From contig CAZHZF010000008.1 in assembly GCA_964536925.1 (NCBI GenBank), forward strand, positions 7,479-71,478: a stretch of DNA of 64,000 nt, read 5' to 3'. This DNA comes from an uncultured Dehalococcoidales bacterium. Its GTDB lineage: Bacteria; Chloroflexota; UBA6077; FW602-bin22. The notes under the pieces are model-generated. The model worked only from the letters and a program-made list of their open reading frames with translations. It was not told the DNA's origin and did not search any database. Made by a program: the position numbers and the translations under genes. Of the stretch, positions 53,297-63,007 are shown in pieces (within the stretch, counting starts at the first letter, position 1; each line of letters starts with the position of its first letter).

Positions 53297-54048
53297 GCTG
53301 CCACCTCCGTGGGAGTCTGTGACGTCTGGTGCGCGGTCAGGACGTGAAGCGCGCTGACGGGCTCCAGGTTCGCGCGATCCTCGATCACGCGCCCGTCGAA
53401 GAAGCGGATCAGGCGCGAGCAGTAGGCGGCGATGTCGTGCTCGTGGGTGACGATGACGATCGTGATGCCACGCCGATTCAGTTCCTGGAGGATTGCCATC
53501 ACCTCGGCGCTCGTGCGGCTATCCAGATTTCCCGTCGGCTCGTCCGCCAGGATCAGCGCGGGGCCGTTGACGAGCGCGCGCGCCACGGCAACCCGCTGCT
53601 GCTGCCCGCCAGACATCTCCGCGGGAAAGTGGTCCGCCCGCTCGGCGAGACCGACGGTCCCGAGCGCCGCCTCGACGCGTGCGGCCATCACCTCCTCGGC
53701 GACGCCGGCGTACAGCATGGGCAGGCGCACGTTGTCCCGGGCCGACAGCCGCGGCAGCAGGTGGAACCCCTGGAAGACGAAACCGATCTTGCGGTTGCGG
53801 ATCGCCGCCTGCGCGTCCCGATCCAGCGAGGCGACGTCGACCCCTTCCAGACGATAGGCGCCACTGGTCGGCCGATCGAGGCAGCCCAGCAGGTTCATGA
53901 AGGTCGACTTGCCCGAACCAGAGGCCCCCATCACGGCCACGAACTCTCCGGGCATCACCTCAAGCGAGACGTCGCGCAGCGCCTGCACGACGTTCTCACC
54001 CCGCACGAAGTCCTTGGTCAGGTTCTCGACACGGATGATCGGTTCCAT
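53293..54048 (-). CDS. ABC transporter ATP-binding protein (MacB/LolD type)
   Basis: GASGSGKST, MSGGQQQR, LILADEPT. 4-nt overlap with the permease gene. Confidence 0.93.
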   Translation of the reverse strand: MEPIIRVENLTKDFVRGENVVQALRDVSLEVMPGEFVAVMGASGSGKSTFMNLLGCLDRPTSGAYRLEGVDVASLDRDAQAAIRNRKIGFVFQGFHLLPRLSARDNVRLPMLYAGVAEEVMAARVEAALGTVGLAERADHFPAEMSGGQQQRVAVARALVNGPALILADEPTGNLDSRTSAEVMAILQELNRRGITIVIVTHEHDIAAYCSRLIRFFDGRVIEDRANLEPVSALHVLTAHQTSQTPTEVAA

Positions 54049-54059
54049 CGAACGTCCTC

Positions 54060-55913
54060 CTAAACCTTCGGAACGCCCGCGCCCGGTCCGCTGGGCGTGA
54101 GCGGGCTGGTGGAGGTCGTGGCCGCCGGGCGCGTTCCCGTGCCGGCGCTGGATTGGCCGCTGACGACGACCTGTCCCTCGGCCAGTCCGGCGAGGATCTC
54201 AGTCGTGGCGCCGTCGGTGATGCCCACGGTGACTCTCGTCGCGGTCGGCTGACCGTTCTCGATCCGTCGCACCGTGCCGTTCGCGACCGCGTTGGCGGGC
54301 ACCACGAGGGTGTCCTTGCTCTCGGCCGTCGTGATCGTCACCGTCGCGGTCATGCCCGGGTAGAGCGTCACGCCCTCAGTGGAACGGATCGAACTGGTGA
54401 CCCCGTAGGTGACGACGTTGGATGTCGTCGTGCCCACCGGCTGGATCTGGGCCACCTCGCCGCCGAAGGTCTTGCCCGGGAATGCGCTGACCGTGAACGT
54501 CACGGGGTCGCCGACGGTGACCTTCCCGACGTCCGCCTCGTTCACCTGGGCGGTCACCTGGAGGCGATCGAGCGTGACGAGGGTGATGAAGGAGTTGGAG
54601 ATCGCCTGCCCCACCGTGCCGCTGATGGATGCGACCGTGCCTCCGATCGGGGCGCGGATCGTCGTCGCGGCGAGCTCGGTCTCAGCCTGGGCTAGAACCA
54701 CTTTCGCGCTGGCGATCTGCGCCGCTGCGCTCTCGAACTCCGCCTTCGTGGGACCGGCCGCCGTAACGGCGAGGCTCGCCTCCGCCGAGCGCACCTGATT
54801 CTGCGCGCTGTTCGCCGAGGTCTGGGCGCTCTGCGTCGTCGCGGCAACCGCGGCCTCGGTCTTGGCGGCGCTCGCCTGCGCGCTGGCGACCTGCCGTTCC
54901 GCCGCGCGGACCGCGTTCTCCGCCGACGCGACGCTTGCCCCGAGAGTGACTTCATCACTCGCCAGGTTCGCTCGAGCCGTTGCCACGGACGCCCGGGCCT
55001 GCTGGAGCGTCTGCTCGGCCTGCTTCTGCGCCTGGACGATCTGCGCGGCGACGTTGTTCACGTTCGTCTCCGCCGCTGCGACCGACGCGTTCGCCGCCTC
55101 GCATGAGGCGCCGGGCCCCCGGCCGCACGTCGCGTCCCGGCTGATCTGTTGCGCCCACAGCGTGTTCTTCGCCTGGTCGAGCTGCTCCTTGTGGATCGCC
55201 GGCTGGGCGGCGATGACGGCTTCTGTCGCGGCCAGCGATCTCTCGGCGTTCTCGATTGCGAGACGATCCGCGGCCAGCCTCGTCCCTCGCTGGGCGATCG
55301 CCGCGGCAAGGTTGTCGCGCGCGGTCGTGAGTCCCGTCTGCGCGGTGTCCACCGCGGCGGCGGCCGAAGCCAGATCGCGCCGCGCGCTCTCGGTGGCGAG
55401 TTCGGCGTTGCGCGCGGCGTCTGCCGCGGAGCGCTGCGCGTTCTGGAGCGAGACTTCGGCCGCGGCGCGCGCCTCGGCGGTGGCGCCCTCCTGAAGCCGG
55501 GCGTAGCTTGCCTCGGCCTGCACCAGGCTGGCACGGGCCTTCTCGACCGCGGCGCTCAGATCGGTGGTCTCGAGTCGCGCCAGGGCATCACCCGGGGCCA
55601 CGACCTGGCCAATCGCCACTTCGAGCGCCGCGAGCGTCCCGGCCGTGCGAGGACCTATCGCGAGGGTCTGAGCGGCCGCGACTGGCCCGGTCGCGGTTAC
55701 CGTCTCCGCGACGTTTCCCCGAGTGACGGTCGCGGTCTGGAAGGTCGGCGCGGCGGTACCGCCGCTCGATGCACGGAACGCGTACAGGACGCCACCAGTC
55801 GCCAGGGCCGCGGCTACCGCGAGCAGGGCGATGTGAGTGGCTGAGAGCCGGCGTCGGATGCCGCCGTTCGCGTTTCGGGCCGCACCCAGTGGCCGCGAGT
55901 TCGGTATTGCCAT
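54060..55913 (-). CDS. HlyD/MacA-family periplasmic adaptor with a very long coiled-coil hairpin
   Basis: 617 aa: N-terminal TM anchor, lipoyl half-motifs (GDALARLE / APIGGTVASI), and about 300 aa of Ala/Gln/Glu-rich heptads. Confidence 0.85.
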   Translation of the reverse strand: MAIPNSRPLGAARNANGGIRRRLSATHIALLAVAAALATGGVLYAFRASSGGTAAPTFQTATVTRGNVAETVTATGPVAAAQTLAIGPRTAGTLAALEVAIGQVVAPGDALARLETTDLSAAVEKARASLVQAEASYARLQEGATAEARAAAEVSLQNAQRSAADAARNAELATESARRDLASAAAAVDTAQTGLTTARDNLAAAIAQRGTRLAADRLAIENAERSLAATEAVIAAQPAIHKEQLDQAKNTLWAQQISRDATCGRGPGASCEAANASVAAAETNVNNVAAQIVQAQKQAEQTLQQARASVATARANLASDEVTLGASVASAENAVRAAERQVASAQASAAKTEAAVAATTQSAQTSANSAQNQVRSAEASLAVTAAGPTKAEFESAAAQIASAKVVLAQAETELAATTIRAPIGGTVASISGTVGQAISNSFITLVTLDRLQVTAQVNEADVGKVTVGDPVTFTVSAFPGKTFGGEVAQIQPVGTTTSNVVTYGVTSSIRSTEGVTLYPGMTATVTITTAESKDTLVVPANAVANGTVRRIENGQPTATRVTVGITDGATTEILAGLAEGQVVVSGQSSAGTGTRPAATTSTSPLTPSGPGAGVPKV

Positions 55914-56061
55914 CGTCGTTCCTCCGCCGTGAAGTCCTCTCTCCTTCTAGGGGCGCTGCCTTGGACGGACCTGTCTCCCGCCTGTGAGCGAGCTTTGATC
56001 GGGAAACTCTTCTCCGCGGCAGGGCCGCCGCCCCATTCCTCCCGACTACGATCCCGTCCCC

Positions 56062-57297
56062 GTGCCGCTCGGACGCCTCGCGCAGGTCTGGTACGGGTGG
56101 TGGCTCGTCGCGATCACGACCGCGCTCATCGCGCTTCAGTCGGCGGTCTACGTGTTCGGCTTCGGCGTGTTCTTCGCGCCGATGGTCGCGGACTTCGGAT
56201 GGTCCCGCGCCGCGGCGTCCGGGGCCGTCTCTCTAGCCCGCCTCGAAGGAGCGATGACCGGTCCGTTCGAGGGTTGGCTGATCGACCGGTACGGACCGCG
56301 GAGGATCATGCTCGTCGGCGTCCCCCTGTTCGTCCTCGGCTGGATCGCTCTCAGCCAGGTCGATACGCTCCTCGCGTACTACCTGGTCTACATCGTCCTG
56401 CTCTCGCTGGGGAGTTCGCTCGGGTTCTTCAACGCCTGTTCGACGGCGGTAGCGAACTGGTTCGTGCGCCGCCGCTCGCTGGCGCTCGGCATCATGTCCT
56501 GTGGCATCGGGATCGGCGCCCTGTTCGTGCCGGGAGTATCCGCGCTCGTCGAGACGCTCGGGTGGCGTCAGGCCGCGATCGTCGTCGGCGCGATCGTGTT
56601 CTGTATAGCGATACCGCTGGTGTGGCTGGTGCGCCATCGGCCCGAGCGGTACGGGCTGGCGCCGGATGGGGCGTTGGCCACGGCGGCGCGCCCGACGGAG
56701 TCGGCGCTCACCGCCCGACAGGCGCTGCGCAGTGCCACGTTCTGGATCCTCGCCTTCTCCTTCGGCATCCGCATCATGGCGACCACTGCGATCTCGCTCC
56801 ACTTCATTCCATTGATGATCGACATCGGCCTCGGCGCGGCGGCCGCGGCCTGGGCGACCGCGGTGCTGGGGGTCGTGAGTATCGTCGGGCGCCTCGGGAT
56901 GGGCGCGCTCGCCGATCGGATCGGGCAGCGCACCGTCTACGCGGGAGGTCTGGTCGCCCTCGCCGCCTCATTCGTCGTCCTCGCCCGCGCCGACTCGCTG
57001 CTGTTCATCGCCATCTTCCTCGGCCTGTACGGGCCGGCGTACGGTGGTCTGGCGACTCTGATGCTCTCGATCCGGGCCGACTACTTCGGGCGCCAGTCGT
57101 TCGCGACGATCGGCGGTCTCATGACGCCGGTCATGACGATCGGCACGCTCTCCGGCCCCATCTTCGCGGGGTGGGTCTTCGACACATCGGGTAGCTACCG
57201 CGGCGCGCTGTACGTCTTCGCCGCGGCGATGGCGCTGGCGCTGATCCTCCTGCGTTTCCTCCCCACTCGGCCCGTCGTCGCGCGGCCACATGCCTGA
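56062..57297 (+). CDS. MFS transporter
   Basis: 411 aa with 12 predicted TM helices and an MFS loop motif GWLIDRYGPRR. Confidence 0.85.
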   Translation: MPLGRLAQVWYGWWLVAITTALIALQSAVYVFGFGVFFAPMVADFGWSRAAASGAVSLARLEGAMTGPFEGWLIDRYGPRRIMLVGVPLFVLGWIALSQVDTLLAYYLVYIVLLSLGSSLGFFNACSTAVANWFVRRRSLALGIMSCGIGIGALFVPGVSALVETLGWRQAAIVVGAIVFCIAIPLVWLVRHRPERYGLAPDGALATAARPTESALTARQALRSATFWILAFSFGIRIMATTAISLHFIPLMIDIGLGAAAAAWATAVLGVVSIVGRLGMGALADRIGQRTVYAGGLVALAASFVVLARADSLLFIAIFLGLYGPAYGGLATLMLSIRADYFGRQSFATIGGLMTPVMTIGTLSGPIFAGWVFDTSGSYRGALYVFAAAMALALILLRFLPTRPVVARPHA

Positions 57298-57340
57298 GAA
57301 GTCGCCAGCGGTAGGCGACAATGGCCTCTGGAGGCAGACG

Positions 57341-58381
57341 ATGACCGAGCAACAGCCCCTGGTTTCGGCGACGCGAATCGCCGGCGGCATTCCCGAGACG
57401 TTCGATCCCGGGCGGTACGACGGCCGCATGCCCTACCGCCGGACGGGGCGCAGCGGCCTGCACCTGCCGGCGATCTCACTTGGCGGCTACGAGACGCTCG
57501 GCGGGTATCGCGACGCCGACGTCTCGGAGGCGATCCTGCGCCGGGCCTTCGATCGCGGCATCACCCACTTCGACTTCGCCAACAACTACGGCACGCCCTT
57601 CGGCAACTCCGAGATCATCTGTGGTCGGATCCTCCGCCAGTTCCCGCGCGATGAACTGATTCTCTCGAGCAAGGCCGGGTTCCGGATGTGGCCCGGTCCG
57701 TACGGCGATTACTTGAGCAAGAAGTCGATCGTTGCCAGTTGCGAGCAGAGCCTGCGCCGGCTCGGCGTCAGCTACCTGGACATTTTCTACCTGCACCGCG
57801 CCGACCCCGTCACCCCACTCGAGGAGAGCCTCGGCGCTCTCGACCTTCTCCTCCGCCAGGGAAAGGCGCTCTACGCCGGTGTGAGCAACTTCAACGGGGC
57901 GCAGTTCGCGGAGGCCGCCCGCATCTGCGAGCGCGAGGGGCTATCGCGCCTCACCATCCATCAGCCTGCCTACAACCTGCTCGATCGGCGGATCGAGGCC
58001 GATCTCCTGCCCCACCTCGAACGCGCGGGCACCGGCGCGATCGTGTACGCGCCACTCGCCCAGGGTGTCCTGACCGACCGGTATCTGGATGGTGACATCC
58101 CGGCGGACTCGCGCGCCGCGCAGTCGTGGGGCGAGGAGGCCACGCGCCGCCGGCTCACGCCCGAGCGGCTCGACCGTGCCCGACGCCTCAACGCGCTCGC
58201 CGCCGAACGCGGGCAGTCGCTGACGCAACTCGCCATCCAGTGGATCCTGCGCCTGCCGGCGATCGCGAGCGTCCTCATCGGCGTCTCCTCGGTCGTGCAG
58301 CTGGATCAGAACCTCGCCGCAATCGATGGACCCGCGCTGACCGAGGATGTCCTGGCGAGGATCGACCAGATCGTGCGGTGA
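57341..58381 (+). CDS. Aldo/keto reductase
   Basis: LGGYETLGG..., FDFANNYG, SSKAG, and the C-terminal AKR signature. Start at ATG 57341 after SD GGAGG. Confidence 0.9.
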   Translation: MTEQQPLVSATRIAGGIPETFDPGRYDGRMPYRRTGRSGLHLPAISLGGYETLGGYRDADVSEAILRRAFDRGITHFDFANNYGTPFGNSEIICGRILRQFPRDELILSSKAGFRMWPGPYGDYLSKKSIVASCEQSLRRLGVSYLDIFYLHRADPVTPLEESLGALDLLLRQGKALYAGVSNFNGAQFAEAARICEREGLSRLTIHQPAYNLLDRRIEADLLPHLERAGTGAIVYAPLAQGVLTDRYLDGDIPADSRAAQSWGEEATRRRLTPERLDRARRLNALAAERGQSLTQLAIQWILRLPAIASVLIGVSSVVQLDQNLAAIDGPALTEDVLARIDQIVR

Positions 58382-58482
58382 CCCCCCAGGGGCGTCCGCA
58401 GACCGGCGGGCTTTTGATAGAGAATGTTTGCGAATGCCGGCGCAGCCCCTGAGGCGCGACCGGACATGGAGGGAATGCACCG

Positions 58483-58932
58483 ATGCCGATGGCGGAGCGA
58501 CGGGCTGAGGTCGTCTGGGAGGGGAATCTCGTTCAGGGCAAGGGCAGCGTGACGAAGACAGGGAGCGGCGCGTTCGCGGCCGGCCTGCCGGTCACATGGG
58601 CCTCACGTGTCGAACGATCCGACGGGCGCACAAGCCCGGAGGAGCTCATCGCCATGGCCCACGCGAGCTGCTATGCGATGGCGCTCTCTCACACGCTGAA
58701 CGAGGCGGGCACGCCGTCCACCCGGCTCGAGGTGAGTTCGGTGGTGACGGTCGAGTCGGTGCCCGGCGGCATCAAGGTCGGTGAGAGCCGCCTCGAGGTC
58801 CGCGGTCGGGTGCCAGGAATCGATCAGGCGAGGTTCGAGGCGCTCGCCCGCCAGGGCGAGCAGGGCTGTCCGATCTCGAACGCGTTGCGTGGCAGTGTGT
58901 CGATCTCGCTGAAGGCGACACTCGAGGGCTAA
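58483..58932 (+). CDS. OsmC-family peroxiredoxin
   Basis: TSPEELIAMAHASCYAMAL...GCPISNAL (two conserved Cys). Confidence 0.9.
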   Translation: MPMAERRAEVVWEGNLVQGKGSVTKTGSGAFAAGLPVTWASRVERSDGRTSPEELIAMAHASCYAMALSHTLNEAGTPSTRLEVSSVVTVESVPGGIKVGESRLEVRGRVPGIDQARFEALARQGEQGCPISNALRGSVSISLKATLEG

Positions 58933-58938
58933 CCCCAC

Positions 58939-61110
58939 TCAAGCACTCCCATCTGCGCGCGGAGCGATCTCGACGAAGATCGGGCTGGTCCAGGCCATCT
59001 GGCCGTCGATCTGCTTCGCGCGCAGGTGGTAGGCGTTCCACCCCGGGAGCGGGGACGGATCCGTCCACGCGAACGCGACTTCGGCCGGCCCCGGCGCCGC
59101 CGGCAATCGCTCCACGACCACGGCGCGATCGACGCCGCCCGCGGGGTACTCGCGGCGATCGACGAGATCGGCCAGGTCGAGTGTGAAGGTGCAGACATCG
59201 GTCGTGAATGCGAGCGTTCCGTGAGAACCATCATCGAGAAGTAGGTCGACCCCATCCTCGTCGCCGGCGGTGCGCGATCGCCACCGGACTGCGCGGTCCG
59301 ATTCCAGCGTCACCGCCTCGTTCGGTTCATCCAGTGCGTAGCCGCGCGCCTCGCGGATGCGCGCGCCATCGACGCTCAGTGTTCCGTCCCAGACCTGCTG
59401 ACGGTTCCGATCCAGGATTCGTGCGCCGCGCCAGGCGACCCGGATCGCATCGCGCGAGGGGCGTCCGCCGAGATCGTGTCGGTACACCGTCTCCGTCCCG
59501 CGCAAGATCGTGACCTCGGCGAGCGGCACCAGGCCGATCACGCGCACCTCCAGGCGGGGCGCAACGGTCTGGCCAGGAATTTCGTCGCCCATCCACCTGC
59601 CGTCGGCGGTCAGCAGTCGGGCGATGATGCGCGCGCCGGTGGTGCAGGAAGTCCTGCGGGCCCGGAGTGCCTCCCATAGCGCCTCGCGGCTCAGGTTGCG
59701 CGCCCACACACAGGTGAGGCCGCCGCGGACGGCGAACGAGCCCGATCCGGGCGCAGCCGCGCCCGGCCGACCCTTGTGGTCGTCGCTGCCGGCGGTGAAT
59801 CCGACGCGGAGGCCGCGCCGCATCGCCTCGTCGCGGAACCACTCGAACGTCCCCCAGCAGGAGTGGATCTCGATAAGTCGTTCGAGATGCGGATCGTGCC
59901 ACGCCAGTTCGGCCCGTCGGCCGCCGATGTGCGGCACGAGCATCACATCCGCGCTCCCGGCAAACGCGGAATACAGCGCGTCGATCGGGTAAGCGTCGGA
60001 CGCGGCGTCGGTCCGATCCTCGATCTGCCAGTGACTGGTGCGATGGAGTGGGCCATCGTCGCCGCAATAGAGCACGTTGTGGTCCCCGCCGGCGGCCGTG
60101 ATCGCCGACCACTCGATGCCCAGGAACGTGACGAACCTGCCGGGCGCGTGGAAGGCGGCTGTCTGCCGACGTATCTCCGCCCAGATGGCCGGCGTCACCT
60201 GGAAGTCGTTGCCCTGGTGGGCGGCGAAGTCGACTCCGGCGACATCGCGCGCGTACGCAAAGTACTCCTCGATCGTGCCAGACCCGATCGTCTCGCCGCT
60301 CTGGCCATGGAGATCGCCCCAGTAGGGGCGGAACTCTGGCCCCTCGGTGGCGACTTCGAGCGGATTGGCAGGAACGGTCGCACTCTCTCCCCAGCGCGCA
60401 ATCGCCCTGGCGATTCCGGGGAGATCTGGCGCGCGGGCGTCGAGTGTCGCCGTGGGGCCGGTCGCCCGCGCGGTGGCGAGTGGTGCGCCATTCTCCGCGA
60501 CGAGCATCACCGTGCCATCGGTCGGGGCCGCGGGATTTCCCCACCGATCTTCGAACGCGACGTGGTAGGCGACGGATTCGCCGGGCCTGGCGTGCGACGG
60601 TCCGTGCACCCGGATGGTTTCCGCGGCCGCCGCGATGAGGGGGAACCCCAGATCGTCGGGAACCTCCTGGAAGAGATCCGTGCCGAAGGGATCGACAAAC
60701 AGGCGGAAGCGGAAGCGGGTCTCGCGGAAGGTCTGGGCGCGCGCCCGCTGCCAGACGAAACAGATCGTCTCGCCCTCGCGCAGGAAACCATCGACGACCC
60801 GAACCCGGACGGTGCGCATCCACGGTCGCACGTTCCCCCGCGCGTCGTAGCGGAGGTCGAGGCGCGCCGCGCCATCGGTGGTGACCGCGAGGTGCGAGGG
60901 CGCCGCCGGATCCGCGAACTGAGGTTCGGACCAGTCGGAGGCAAACCTCCAGGAGAGCCGCAGCGCCCCACCATCGTCGAAGCAGGAGCGGCCGACCGTG
61001 TAGACGATCGACCACTCACCGATCGATCCGGCGACCACGGGCACCTGGGGCGCCAGGCGGGCCCGGCCGATGAACGCGCCGTCGCCGAGCGGGTAGGGCA
61101 TGGTCCGCAT
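58939..61110 (-). CDS. Large hypothetical protein with weak PHP/DUF3604-like central region
   Basis: About 724 aa from ATG 61110 (MRTMPYPLG). Central YWGDLHGQSGE...AGSDDHKG hints at a metal-dependent hydrolase. The track ORF start (61431) overlaps the divergent gene. Confidence 0.7.
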   Translation of the reverse strand: MRTMPYPLGDGAFIGRARLAPQVPVVAGSIGEWSIVYTVGRSCFDDGGALRLSWRFASDWSEPQFADPAAPSHLAVTTDGAARLDLRYDARGNVRPWMRTVRVRVVDGFLREGETICFVWQRARAQTFRETRFRFRLFVDPFGTDLFQEVPDDLGFPLIAAAAETIRVHGPSHARPGESVAYHVAFEDRWGNPAAPTDGTVMLVAENGAPLATARATGPTATLDARAPDLPGIARAIARWGESATVPANPLEVATEGPEFRPYWGDLHGQSGETIGSGTIEEYFAYARDVAGVDFAAHQGNDFQVTPAIWAEIRRQTAAFHAPGRFVTFLGIEWSAITAAGGDHNVLYCGDDGPLHRTSHWQIEDRTDAASDAYPIDALYSAFAGSADVMLVPHIGGRRAELAWHDPHLERLIEIHSCWGTFEWFRDEAMRRGLRVGFTAGSDDHKGRPGAAAPGSGSFAVRGGLTCVWARNLSREALWEALRARRTSCTTGARIIARLLTADGRWMGDEIPGQTVAPRLEVRVIGLVPLAEVTILRGTETVYRHDLGGRPSRDAIRVAWRGARILDRNRQQVWDGTLSVDGARIREARGYALDEPNEAVTLESDRAVRWRSRTAGDEDGVDLLLDDGSHGTLAFTTDVCTFTLDLADLVDRREYPAGGVDRAVVVERLPAAPGPAEVAFAWTDPSPLPGWNAYHLRAKQIDGQMAWTSPIFVEIAPRADGSA

Positions 61111-61201
61111 CGTAGCCCGCCCGCGCGTGGGTGCGCCGCGTCGAACCCGCCGCGCGCTGGTACCATCGCCCACCGATGACGCCGGCTGAGGGTTCCGTTC
61201 C

Positions 61202-62227
61202 GTGAGCGCGGCCGCCGCGTTCGAGGTCGTCGCGCGCGCAATCGATGAGGGGAAGATCGTCGGTGCGGCCGCGGCGGTCGGCGATGTCGCCTCGACCGAT
61301 ACGTGGGTGGGCGGCACGGTCGCCAGTGGCGGGGACGACGTTACGATCGATACGGCGTACGACCTCGCCTCGCTGACCAAGGTCCTCGCGACGACGACGC
61401 TACTCCTGCGTGCGATTGGCAGGGGCCGCATCGATCCCCGCGAGCCGCTTGCGACCTACTTGCCCGAGGCCTCCTGGCTGCAGACAGGCCCACGCGCCGC
61501 CGACGCGACGATCCTGGATCTGGCGAGCCATTCCTCCGGTCTGGTCGCGTGGTCGCCGCTCTACACGCTGGGACTCGATCGGTCGACTCTGCTCGCGCGC
61601 GTCGTGCAGTGGCCGCTGGAGGGGAAGCGCGGGGCGGTCGTCTACTCCGACCTCGGTTTCATCCTGCTGGGCTACGTCCTGGAGCGCGTGCACGGTGATC
61701 CGCTGGACCGCCAGTTTGGCGACCTTGTGACCGAGGCGGGGATCGCCCCGCGGATCGGGTTCGGCCCCTTCGCCGCGCCGGTCGCGCCGACCGAGGAGTG
61801 CCCCTGGCGGGGACGGCTGATGCGCGGCGAGGTCCACGACGAGAACGCCTGGGCGATGGGCGGTGTCTCCGGGCACGCTGGCCTCTTCGGCTCGATGGCG
61901 GCGCTGGTCTCATTGGCGCGGGCGCTGCTCGCGGGAAGACTTCTGTCCGAACCGCTCCTCGCTCTCGCGGCTCAGGCGCACGCCACAGGGGAGGATGGCC
62001 AGCGGCGCGGGTTCGGTTGGGCGCTGCCCTCTGCCGGGTGGAGTGGCGGCGATCTCTTCTCGGCACGGGCCATCGGACACACCGGGTTCACCGGTACCGG
62101 CATGTGGCTTGACCTCGAGCGGCGCCTCTACACGATCCTGCTCACGAATCGCGTCTATCCGACTCGCCACCGCGAATCCGGCATCGTCGGCCTGCGCCGG
62201 CGCTTCAACAACGCCGCGCTTGCCTGA
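61202..62227 (+). CDS. Serine hydrolase, beta-lactamase/transpeptidase fold
   Basis: SxxK as DLASLTKVLATT; later HTGFTGT (KTG-like). Confidence 0.85.
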   Translation: MSAAAAFEVVARAIDEGKIVGAAAAVGDVASTDTWVGGTVASGGDDVTIDTAYDLASLTKVLATTTLLLRAIGRGRIDPREPLATYLPEASWLQTGPRAADATILDLASHSSGLVAWSPLYTLGLDRSTLLARVVQWPLEGKRGAVVYSDLGFILLGYVLERVHGDPLDRQFGDLVTEAGIAPRIGFGPFAAPVAPTEECPWRGRLMRGEVHDENAWAMGGVSGHAGLFGSMAALVSLARALLAGRLLSEPLLALAAQAHATGEDGQRRGFGWALPSAGWSGGDLFSARAIGHTGFTGTGMWLDLERRLYTILLTNRVYPTRHRESGIVGLRRRFNNAALA

Positions 62228-62400
62228 CCGGCCCCGTGGCGCAGCGGCACGACGCTGCCGGGGGTGTGGGGTGTCCCCATAGACGTCCTCCCCTTCCCGA
62301 ACGATGCAGCGGACATATCGGGACGAGGCACGAGCCTGCCGCGCGGGATTGCCGGGACGGCGGTGGTCGGATCAGGCCGGAGGCCGGTCCCGCGGGCGGC

Positions 62401-62655
62401 TCAGTTCCGGCCGGGGACGCGCGGTGCGACCTCGGCGCAGTCCTCCAGCAGCGCCTCGGCGGAGAGTGCCAGGCGCAGCGCCATCCGATGCTCGATGGTG
62501 GAGAGGCGCTCATCGACGTGTCCGAGGATGCGGCGCACCATCCCCTCGTTGAAGTACGCATCGGCGAGATGCCGCTCGATCGCCGGCGCGGTGACGCCGG
62601 CCTGGCGCAGGTGGACGATGTCGACGACGGTGCGGATGAGTGCTCGGGAGTCCAT
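62401..62655 (-). CDS. Hypothetical 84-aa protein
   Basis: ATG ORF with GC3-rich codon usage. No recognised motif and no obvious SD. Confidence 0.5.
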   Translation of the reverse strand: MDSRALIRTVVDIVHLRQAGVTAPAIERHLADAYFNEGMVRRILGHVDERLSTIEHRMALRLALSAEALLEDCAEVAPRVPGRN

Positions 62656-62748
62656 AGGCGAACGGGAAGGTACGAGTGGGGATGTCGTGCCCGTGTAAGA
62701 GACGGCCGCGACCCCCTTAGGCCATCGTGAGGCACGCGACGTAACGGT

Positions 62749-62925
62749 TCAATCGGCCGAACCGACGGTCTCGCGGATCCGCTCCTCGATCAGTTCGACC
62801 TGGGTCTCGAGCCAGAGCAGGCGCCGTCGGCCGACCTCGTCGAGCGGCGGCGCGCCAGGAGCGATCATCCGCTCGGCCTCCCGGATCAACGCCGCCCGCC
62901 AGGCGGCAAGCTTCGCCAGGTCCAC
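62749..62925 (-). CDS. Hypothetical 58-aa helical protein
   Basis: GTG 62925 lies 5 nt after SD GGGGGAG: (M)DLAKLAAWRAALIREAERMIAPGAPPLDEVGRRRLLWLETQVELIEERIRETVGSAD. The longer track ORF overlaps nadK in antisense. Confidence 0.4.
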   Translation of the reverse strand: MDLAKLAAWRAALIREAERMIAPGAPPLDEVGRRRLLWLETQVELIEERIRETVGSAD

Positions 62926-63007
62926 GCGCGCTCCCCCGCGGATTCGCCCGAAGGCGGCGTCACGACAACGAGTAGGATAGGCGTGTGGCGATGGCGGCGT
63001 CCGGTCG

